Source of the DNA: a virus
Taxonomy: Duplodnaviria > Caudoviricetes
Direction: 5' to 3' (one strand)
Virus record (IMG/VR): IMGVR_UViG_3300012933_000298
Location: 1-26,231 of that record
DNA length: 26,231 bases
Part shown: positions 1 to 5,961 of the stretch, piece after piece
Layout of the letters: each line of letters starts with the position of its first letter
How positions within the stretch are numbered: the first letter of the stretch is position 1
Notes under the pieces: model-generated
What the model was told of the DNA's origin: nothing
The model's database searches: none
What the model saw: only the letters and a program-made list of their open reading frames with translations
Translations under genes and position numbers: made by a program

Positions 1-412
1 ACAGTTTTGTAACAGTGATTCGGCAACCAGGCACGGGGTAAGTGTCCGAGGTCACACCAGTCCACCGCTTGCGAGCCAAGACATTCACCACCAAGGCATC
101 ATCCGCCCACAAACCAGCATGAGTCAAAGCATCCTCAACACCGCGAATAAGTTTCGATAGATCGGGAGTGCCAGCAGGATAAAGCGCCCACTTAGAGGAC
201 TTGGGCTTTTGGATATAGAAGGTGACCTCAAGCTGTAGAGGTTCAGCGATAGGCTCACCCATCTCTAAGCGCATCATCTCATGCTTGGCTGCTAGAGATA
301 CCGCAGAGCGCCATGCTGGGAGATACTTGCTCGCCTCATAAAAGCGCCCTCCTCGCCCAGGGCTTTTTGAGCCTTGAGGAGAAGGGCGGCCTTCAACAAG
401 AAATGAGATCAA
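1..412 (-). CDS. rusA: RusA-like Holliday junction resolvase (3' end at the window edge)
   Basis: Manual translation, absent from the ORF track. A TTG at 412 overlaps the SSB stop (TTGA). Protein reads ISFLVEGRPSPQGSK...PDLSKLIRGVEDALTHAGLWADDALVV...PGCRITVTKL, with the RusA PDxxKLxRxxxDAL and WxDD motifs. Confidence 0.85.
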   Translation of the reverse strand, partial: MISFLVEGRPSPQGSKSPGRGGRFYEASKYLPAWRSAVSLAAKHEMMRLEMGEPIAEPLQLEVTFYIQKPKSSKWALYPAGTPDLSKLIRGVEDALTHAGLWADDALVVNVLARKRWTGVTSDTYPVPGCRITVTKL

Positions 413-762
413 AAAGGCATCTCATCGATGATTTGGGTTGCCGACTGAACCGGCTGAGGGGTGTTGTTGCTAGGGGTGAAAACAGTGCCATTGATAGACA
501 CCTTCACCGACTGACCAGGGTTGCCATCGCGATCCAGCTTCACCGAACCATCAGCATTAGTCCACTTGTCAATGGTCGCAGATAGAGAGCCAGAGAAAGT
601 GCCTTCAGCGCCCTCGCGGAAACTCACAGGGTTCTCAAACCAAGCGGTGTAGCGGCGAGTGATAGTTGCCCCATCCTTGCCCTTAGCGAACTCGGTAACC
701 TCAACACCCTTATCCTGAAAGAACAAGCGAGTGGCAGTGCCGGTGACTTCGATGCGAGCCAT
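409..762 (-). CDS. ssb: Single-stranded DNA-binding protein
   Basis: 117 aa beta-rich OB-fold-like pattern, a Pro/Gln linker and an acidic C-terminal tail DEMPF; next to RusA. Confidence 0.75.
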   Translation of the reverse strand: MARIEVTGTATRLFFQDKGVEVTEFAKGKDGATITRRYTAWFENPVSFREGAEGTFSGSLSATIDKWTNADGSVKLDRDGNPGQSVKVSINGTVFTPSNNTPQPVQSATQIIDEMPF

Positions 763-878
763 TAGAAGCCCCCCTTGATGATTGGGCCAGTAGGCAGATT
801 GCGAGCCTTCTTAGCCTTTCGAGCTGCCGCCTTCGCCTTATGAGTAGGCCACAAGATGCGGTTAGATGATTGTGCCAT
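762..878 (-). CDS. Small basic protein, 38 aa (MAQSSNRILWPTHKAKAAARKAKKARNLPTGPIIKGGF)
   Basis: Manual translation. SD GAAAGGGAAA upstream, and the stop overlaps the SSB start (TAATG). Confidence 0.7.
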   Translation of the reverse strand: MAQSSNRILWPTHKAKAAARKAKKARNLPTGPIIKGGF

Positions 879-899
879 TAGTTTCCCTTTCTAAGAGAG

Positions 900-1175
900 T
901 CATTGTGTATCACTGGAGAGATGGCTCAACTCACAGCAATCAGTATGGTTACAAGATCGCAACCCAATTAAAGGATGCCCATTAACCAGCGGATTGTCAA
1001 ATTGGTCAAACTCAGTCCCAGGCAAACAAGGCTTCCTGTGACCATAACTAATCGACTTAGCTGGGCGAGCTCGGCAAGAAACACAAAGCAAATCAGTCCG
1101 CTTGCGCTTGTCAGGGGAAACCACCCAAGCCAAACCACAGCGCACACACCTCGCCTTGTCCTCAAACCAATCCAC
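900..1175 (-). CDS. Zinc-binding protein with two CxxC motifs and a C-terminal CNHTDC..H motif resembling an HNH zinc-binding loop
   Basis: CVRC, CVSC and RSCNHTDCCELSH motifs. GTG start lies 6 nt after the extended -10 TGCTAAGGT, so probably leaderless. Confidence 0.6.
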   Translation of the reverse strand: MDWFEDKARCVRCGLAWVVSPDKRKRTDLLCVSCRARPAKSISYGHRKPCLPGTEFDQFDNPLVNGHPLIGLRSCNHTDCCELSHLSSDTQ

Positions 1176-1544
1176 AACTAAACCTTAGCAAAGTATCTTT
1201 AGCAATACCAGCCCAGCCAGAAGGCTCTCGAGGGAAGAGAATGGCTTAAGAATCAGACCACTCTCAAAAACCCAGCCATATAGGACTGTCGGGATTTGTT
1301 CATGGGTGAGGTCTTGCGATGCTCACAGTCTGCGCCAGAATAAACAGTTACAAGGCAACCAGGCAGACTCTATTGGAAGCACCGCTTATTCTCTGCTGTT
1401 CTCTCAACAGCTTTGCCCCGATCTACCGCTTCACCTATTTGCAGGGCGCGCGATATCGGCAGCCTCTAAAGCTCGATAACCGGCAGGGTGAGTGTCGGGA
1501 AGTTGACTTAGTGTCAGGCTAACAGGCGCTGCCCTCTGACAACC

Positions 1545-1553
1545 TGCTACACT
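1545..1553 (+). promoter_or_regulatory. Extended -10 promoter (TGCTACACT) for a short plus-strand antisense RNA
   Basis: TGn-TAnnnT consensus, followed about 30 nt later by a plus-strand terminator. Confidence 0.5.
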
Positions 1554-1559
1554 TAGAGA

Positions 1560-1620
1560 TGTCGGTTCTAAGTGTTTACAGGACTCCCCCAGTTGAATGG
1601 CTGGGGGATTTCTCTTTATT
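1560..1620 (+). ncRNA. Putative ~60-nt antisense RNA to the 5' end of the long RNA
   Basis: Bounded by the promoter at 1545-1553 and the hairpin at 1585-1608 with its T-rich tail. Confidence 0.4.
1585..1620 (+). terminator. Intrinsic terminator, plus strand
   Basis: TCCCCCAGTT-GAAT-GGCTGGGGGA (two G-U pairs valid on the plus strand) followed by TTTCTCTTTATT. Confidence 0.6.
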
Positions 1621-1631
1621 AAGTTGGCTCT

Positions 1632-1640
1632 ACTATAGCA
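1632..1640 (-). promoter_or_regulatory. Extended -10 promoter (TGCTATAGT) pointing into the non-coding region
   Basis: Near-consensus TGnTATAGT just downstream of the methyltransferase stop, with no ORF following for about 450 nt. Confidence 0.6.
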
Positions 1641-1648
1641 CCCTGTTT

Positions 1649-1679
1649 TTATCCACAGGATTCAACAGAGTTGTCCACA
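1649..1679 (+). promoter_or_regulatory. DnaA boxes
   Basis: TTATCCACA (1649-1657, canonical) and TTGTCCACA (1671-1679, actinobacterial consensus), same orientation and 22 bp apart, with a degenerate GATTCAACA between them. Confidence 0.65.
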
Positions 1680-2521
1680 AGCAGATCAGAACCCTCAAGC
1701 AGAATCCGCAAGGCCAGTTCAGCCTGTTGAGGAACAACACCATTACCGCAAGCCTTCAGCTGCTCATTGCGAGTCAGCCCAATCTCAGGGTCACAAATCC
1801 AGCCTTCAGGCAAGCCCATCATCCACTCAGTGAACCAGGGTGACAGCCGGTGAGCGCCCTCTTTGCCATCTGGCAGGGTTGGTGCAGGGGCAGGGCGATT
1901 CATAACCACTTCCCAGCGCCTAATGGCTGGCTCGAACTTGCCCCAGTTGGTCGAGTCTAAGACTTCAGTATTTAGAGGCTTGGTATTGCGATCGAACTGA
2001 CTAGGGCCGCCGGTGTTCTTAGCATCCTGAGTTGTTACAGTAGGCAGCAGGTCATTGACTACTGTTTCGCGGATATTGGCATAGCCGCCAGGTGTGCGCT
2101 CTTTGCTCTCGGCAATCTTCTCAGCACTTCTAGCTGGCAAGTGATCCATGGTGTTCGGGGTAGGCATCAAGCGAAGCACCTCGATGTCGAGGCTAGGGCC
2201 ATGACCATTGCCATTGCCATGCTTAGACTTCATCTTGTCAGTCCACTCATCCCACTGCTCGACAGTCTTGCCGCGCCCCATGTCATTGACTGCTGGAGTC
2301 GGCAACCCTTGTGGCAGTGATGAAAACTCGGAATCGGCTGTGAGGTGCGCCGGCATCGGAAGCGCGAACACTTGTCCATTTCGCATCATACCCGAGGTCT
2401 GCCAGGCTTCCGAGAACAGCTCCCAATGCTCGCAAAGAAGGCTCGCCATTGGCTTCTCCCATACACCACGGGCAGGATTCCAAATCTGAATGGGCTGTTG
2501 CGCTAAGTAGGCCTCGGACAT
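1649..2521 (-). CDS. C5-cytosine DNA methyltransferase, second subunit (target-recognition modules plus motifs IX and X)
   Basis: Three (L/M)PT(P/V)..D modules, then RLSPWFTEWMMGLPEGW and LKACGNGVVPQ. Start uncertain (TTG 2527 or ATG 2521); overlaps the first subunit in another frame. Confidence 0.8.
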   Translation of the reverse strand: MSEAYLAQQPIQIWNPARGVWEKPMASLLCEHWELFSEAWQTSGMMRNGQVFALPMPAHLTADSEFSSLPQGLPTPAVNDMGRGKTVEQWDEWTDKMKSKHGNGNGHGPSLDIEVLRLMPTPNTMDHLPARSAEKIAESKERTPGGYANIRETVVNDLLPTVTTQDAKNTGGPSQFDRNTKPLNTEVLDSTNWGKFEPAIRRWEVVMNRPAPAPTLPDGKEGAHRLSPWFTEWMMGLPEGWICDPEIGLTRNEQLKACGNGVVPQQAELALRILLEGSDLLVDNSVESCG

Positions 2522-2855
2522 TTTCAATAACCACCAATCTTGGATTTAGTTCTTCGATAGCTCTGGCAAACTCAATCCAAAGCCCTGATCTTGTTCCCTC
2601 TTTCAGACCTGCTCGCTTACCAGCAAGGCTCAAGTCTTGGCAGGGGAAGCCACCTGTGAGGATGTCTACTGATTCGACTTGGGTGAAGTCCACCAGACTG
2701 ACATCGCGATAATTTGGAACACCTGGAAAGTGCTTCTCAAGAATCTTGGAGGGCGCGGCATCCCATTCGCAATGCCAGACCACCTCTGCGCCAGTGACAT
2801 TGGCAACCGCATTGTCCAGACCGCCATAGCCACTGAAGAGTGAACCGATTTTCAT
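2283..2855 (-). CDS. C5-cytosine DNA methyltransferase, catalytic subunit (motifs I-VIII)
   Basis: SLFSGYGG (motif I), GGFPCQDLS (IV), IENV (VI), PHSRFRVF (VIII). ATG 2855 has SD GAAAGGGAAAA. Confidence 0.92.
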   Translation of the reverse strand: MKIGSLFSGYGGLDNAVANVTGAEVVWHCEWDAAPSKILEKHFPGVPNYRDVSLVDFTQVESVDILTGGFPCQDLSLAGKRAGLKEGTRSGLWIEFARAIEELNPRLVVIENVRGLLSATAHSDLESCPWCMGEANGEPSLRALGAVLGSLADLGYDAKWTSVRASDAGAPHSRFRVFITATRVADSSSQ

Positions 2856-2880
2856 TGTCTTTTCCCTTTCGACAAGAACT

Positions 2881-2935
2881 AATGTAGCACAGTTACACAG
2901 CAAGATTGACAGAATGAATAAAGAAATGCTAAATT
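2881..2935. promoter_or_regulatory. Divergent promoters in an AT-rich spacer
   Basis: Minus strand: TGCTACATT (2889-2881) before the methyltransferase. Plus strand: TTGACA (2906-2911), 18 nt, then TAAATT (2930-2935) with an extended TG. Confidence 0.6.
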
Positions 2936-2963
2936 AGACTTAGGAAATCGAAATTAGCCTAAT

Positions 2964-3000
2964 AAACACCCCCTGAAACCTAAGTAAGGGGGTTTTTATT
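2964..3000. terminator. Probably bidirectional intrinsic terminator after the HNH gene
   Basis: ACCCCCT (2968-2974) / AGGGGGT (2987-2993) stem, 12-nt loop, T-rich on both sides. Confidence 0.7.
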
Positions 3001-3328
3001 TATCCGAAAGATAAGCACTTCGCTCAAAGAAGTCATCTAGCAGATACCAGCGACCCTCTGTTGCATACCAAACAGGCTCAAAATCAGGGTCTTGCCAGCG
3101 GTCAATCTTCCAACCATTCTGGCGCGCATAGTCAGCCATCTCAGCATCCGATTCAATGCGGCTGTTTAGATCTGAGCAGAGAACAATGATGTTGCTCGGG
3201 CGGTCTAACAGCTTCGATCCGCCCATGCCTCGCCCAGCGCGGTGCTGTGGACTTAGGCGCTCGGTTTCGCCACAGTGGATGCATGACCCATCTCGGCGCA
3301 GGAACTTAGCCCAAGTTTTCTGATTCAT
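2996..3328 (-). CDS. HNH-type endonuclease-like protein
   Basis: RRDGSCIHCG...QHRAGRGMGGS...SNIIVLCSDLN...GW motifs. ATG 3328 has a GGAGG SD; the 3421 start in the track overlaps another gene. Confidence 0.75.
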   Translation of the reverse strand: MNQKTWAKFLRRDGSCIHCGETERLSPQHRAGRGMGGSKLLDRPSNIIVLCSDLNSRIESDAEMADYARQNGWKIDRWQDPDFEPVWYATEGRWYLLDDFFERSAYLSDK

Positions 3329-3455
3329 TCCAGTCATCCTCCTGCAACTCCATAAACTGCATCTCAATCCAGAACAGCACAGTAAACCAAAAGCCGGTGG
3401 TGAAGGCCGCGACAAGGGCAATCAGCGACAGCATCCACAAAAGCAACACAATCAT
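3306..3455 (-). CDS. Small membrane protein, 49 aa (MIVLLLWMLSLIALVAAFTTGFWFTVLFWIEMQFMELQEDDWNESENLG)
   Basis: Manual translation. ATGA overlap with the upstream stop; hydrophobic N-terminus and acidic tail. Confidence 0.65.
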   Translation of the reverse strand: MIVLLLWMLSLIALVAAFTTGFWFTVLFWIEMQFMELQEDDWNESENLG

Positions 3456-3796
3456 CCTGCCCTCCCAAGGGTTTTGATTTCAGTTTCAATCATTCTGGCA
3501 GCGGTCTGGGTGGACATCTGCGCCAACTCCAACTGCTTCAGCTTGGTTTTAACTCGGTTATAGGTTGCCTTTGCTAGGTCTGCCTCTAATCGGGCATCAG
3601 CGGCTTGTAGGCGCGAGATGGCGGTGCGGTCAGCCACTGTTCCCTGAGCATTTATGAAAGCCAACTGTAGGGTTTTCTCATAGTGGTTTTCCGCATCAGC
3701 AAGTTTGACCTCGGAGTCATACAGCACCCCGAGGCCTTTCGCCATTTCAGTTTGTATGTCTTGGAGGCTCTGGATTACTTGGCTTGGAGTATTCAT
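3452..3796 (-). CDS. Helical coiled-coil protein, possibly a recombination mediator
   Basis: 114 aa with a heptad pattern, inside the recombination operon; function inferred from context only. Confidence 0.6.
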   Translation of the reverse strand: MNTPSQVIQSLQDIQTEMAKGLGVLYDSEVKLADAENHYEKTLQLAFINAQGTVADRTAISRLQAADARLEADLAKATYNRVKTKLKQLELAQMSTQTAARMIETEIKTLGRAG

Positions 3797-3947
3797 CTCG
3801 CTCGAACCTTAGTGCGCGGTCAAAGAGGTCAGGCTTGAGAGCATCGGCAGAGTTGAGTTGCCCATCAGCAAGATGCTCACTGTGCAATTCCTTTAGTTCC
3901 CTGAGCGATGCCCACAGAATCGCTCTGTCCACCGGCAGCATTGCCAT
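3747..3947 (-). CDS. Hypothetical protein
   Basis: Fills the 3797-3876 gap in a compact operon and has an amphipathic helix, but overlaps both neighbours. Confidence 0.45.
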   Translation of the reverse strand: MAMLPVDRAILWASLRELKELHSEHLADGQLNSADALKPDLFDRALRFERDEYSKPSNPEPPRHTN

Positions 3948-4491
3948 AAGCCTTGATCCTTTCTAGGATTTCGCCTGGCACTCTAGCCGCGACCGCTTGA
4001 CTGTATAGTTTGCGGAGGTCATCCACCGCATAAGTCAATGCTAACTGTTCAGCCTCGCCAGCCCAATCTCTGGTCGCTTCATAGCTGAAAGAGTCAGGGT
4101 CAGGTTCATCGGTTGGCAGGGCGAGAACTTGAAGCAAGAAGGTGCGAAGAGCCACAGACATTGCCTTAGCGGTTGCCTTGTCACCCGAGTCGAAAGCCTC
4201 AGCAGAAACCGAGCCAACAATCGGGTCACCATCCAGCCCATAAATACCGAACTGCACAATCAGGTGAACCACATTGACAGTCGAACCCTTAGCAGTGAGG
4301 GCGGTTGAATGGTTTGCCTCTTTGATTTCTGGCAGGATAAAACCGCCAGCCGATCGCAGAGCAGGGCCAACCTTGTTGACCACAGCATCAATGCCTCGGA
4401 AGTTGAAGCCCTGAGCAGAGTTGCGGTCGCGCTTTGCAACCCCCTGCACCGACTCCATGACAGCCAGAATGACCTCGCGAGCATTAGCCAT
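3877..4491 (-). CDS. ERF-family single-strand annealing protein
   Basis: GFNFRGIDAV...EAFDSGDKATAKAMSVALRTFLLQVLALPTDEPDPD motif; downstream of the exonuclease. Confidence 0.88.
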   Translation of the reverse strand: MANAREVILAVMESVQGVAKRDRNSAQGFNFRGIDAVVNKVGPALRSAGGFILPEIKEANHSTALTAKGSTVNVVHLIVQFGIYGLDGDPIVGSVSAEAFDSGDKATAKAMSVALRTFLLQVLALPTDEPDPDSFSYEATRDWAGEAEQLALTYAVDDLRKLYSQAVAARVPGEILERIKAYGNAAGGQSDSVGIAQGTKGIAQ

Positions 4492-4682
4492 TAGTTCGCA
4501 CCCTTCTCAATGACAGCCTCATCCGAATAGATAGTGGCTGACAGTCCAGCAATCTGAATCCAGAAGACATCAGGCTTGTCGCGGACATCACCGACAGCGG
4601 TAACAACACCCTGGACACCAGTGATGCCATAGCGAGCGGTGTGGATTGACACAAAGACCAAATCCCCTAGCAGAATATTCAT
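4491..4682 (-). CDS. Hypothetical protein, 63 aa, small beta-barrel-like
   Basis: SD GAAAGGGAAA, and start/stop overlaps with both neighbours. Confidence 0.7.
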   Translation of the reverse strand: MNILLGDLVFVSIHTARYGITGVQGVVTAVGDVRDKPDVFWIQIAGLSATIYSDEAVIEKGAN

Positions 4683-5590
4683 TTGTTTCCCTTTCCCTTT
4701 TCAACTGTGACATAGGGCGCACCTGCGCCGCGCTGTTGCCTCTTAGCAACAACAAACTTCTCGCCATCCACCTCAATGAAAGCAGTCCTAGCCTTGCCCA
4801 TCTGATCAAGAGTTCGGCTCTTGAGTTCGGTCAGGGTGACTGTCAGCTCATCAATCTGTGTAGCGATGTTCACTAAATCTATACCAAGCAACTCGGCAAT
4901 TTCAACTTCACTGCCATCAATCTCAGGGTTCACCTTGCGCTGGGCTTCGAGAGTAGAGGTCGCACCATCAAACTCTGGTGGGCGCAACTCAAGCACTCGG
5001 CGGTGGAAATCCTCGACCTTCTCGCTGATATAGTCAGCCTCGAACTGGTCAAAGACAATCGGAAACTCCATATAACTAGAGCCAGCAAGCGCGGCGATAA
5101 AGCCCTGCTTGAAGCCAGTGACATTGAAGTAGTGAAAGACCTGCGCGCGGTAGCCAATAGGTGGCTCACCGCCCCAGTAGTCGCGACTGAACTTGATTTC
5201 GACAATGCCCCACTCGCCTGTGTCGCGGTGCTTGTAAACCGCATCCATGTTGGCATGAAGGTAAGGCTTGCTTGCGCTGGCATAAGTGCCGACAGTAAAC
5301 ACCTCAAGCTCTGGGTGTTCCTCAGCAAAGATTTCCAAGATAGGTGACTCGAGTTTTGTTCCCAAGCGCATAGACATAGAAGGCTCAACCTTGTCATCTA
5401 TCTGGCCTGTTGCCTTATAGTAGCGAGCCAGTGGGCTTTCCCAAGGCGAGAAGCCACAGATAGCTGCCACCTGTGAGCCGCCGATTGCGCCTGGCTGGTT
5501 GCGAAGTTCATGCCAACCGGCTGATCCATTCTCAAAATCGCCAAGCAGGACAGCATCCCCGAGGGTCTGAGCAGTTAGGTGTTCAATCAT
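4679..5590 (-). CDS. YqaJ / lambda-exonuclease-like recombination nuclease
   Basis: WHELR...IGGSQVAAICG.SPW...GTKLE...ANMD...VEIK...YRAQV motifs. ATG 5590 follows SD GAAAGGGG. Confidence 0.9.
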   Translation of the reverse strand: MIEHLTAQTLGDAVLLGDFENGSAGWHELRNQPGAIGGSQVAAICGFSPWESPLARYYKATGQIDDKVEPSMSMRLGTKLESPILEIFAEEHPELEVFTVGTYASASKPYLHANMDAVYKHRDTGEWGIVEIKFSRDYWGGEPPIGYRAQVFHYFNVTGFKQGFIAALAGSSYMEFPIVFDQFEADYISEKVEDFHRRVLELRPPEFDGATSTLEAQRKVNPEIDGSEVEIAELLGIDLVNIATQIDELTVTLTELKSRTLDQMGKARTAFIEVDGEKFVVAKRQQRGAGAPYVTVEKGKGNK

Positions 5591-5667
5591 TAGTTCCCCT
5601 TTCACTCATAGGCTAAGGGATGCCTCGGACATTTGGCAAATAGCCAGAAAGAAACTAACCTGAAGTA

Positions 5668-5961
5668 ATGATGCCATTTGCCTTCAGCGACAAAGACCAA
5701 GAGCGAGCCTACCTTGAGCTGATGGTTGCCATTCAGAAGAATGATGGTGTCGAGTGCGCCCAGTTTCCAGACATCTTCTTCCCGAATGACTGGGAAACCG
5801 GCACAAGGGCTGATGACCTGTTAGCAAAGACAGTTTGTAACCGATGCCCTGTCAAGATGCTTTGCCTCGAGTATGCGCTGATTGCGGAAGATGAGCAAGG
5901 CACTTGGGGAGGTCTCACCGCTTTCGAGCGCAGACAGTTGAGAAGCCTAAGTAAGCGCTAA
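5668..5961 (+). CDS. whiB: WhiB-family Fe-S transcription factor
   Basis: C...DIFFP...CNRCPV...CLEYAL...GTWGGLT..ER, with four Cys and the GxWGG motif. Confidence 0.93.
   Translation: MMPFAFSDKDQERAYLELMVAIQKNDGVECAQFPDIFFPNDWETGTRADDLLAKTVCNRCPVKMLCLEYALIAEDEQGTWGGLTAFERRQLRSLSKR

Larger units (their letters stand above)
1190..1625 (-). ncRNA. Putative long structured non-coding RNA (candidate replication primer RNA / origin region)
   Basis: No credible ORF. At least 8 consecutive inverted repeats, e.g. 1549-1557/1567-1575, 1512-1517/1536-1541, 1395-1400/1406-1411, 1327-1333/1363-1369 and 1237-1245/1257-1265. Several mismatches become G-U pairs only on the minus strand. Promoter at 1632-1640. 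Confidence 0.6.

Noticed and set aside
1319-1522. Plus-strand 67-aa ORF in the non-coding region
   Set aside because: No SD or recognisable motif; the region is better explained by RNA stems with minus-strand G-U pairs.
1559-1843. Plus-strand 94-aa ORF starting just after the TACACT promoter
   Set aside because: Runs through a terminator and antisense into the methyltransferase; only 5 nt from the -10. A short leader peptide cannot be fully excluded.
2283-2527. Methyltransferase as a frameshifted pseudogene
   Set aside because: Both frames stay open over a ~240-nt overlap and all motifs are intact, which fits a two-subunit enzyme.
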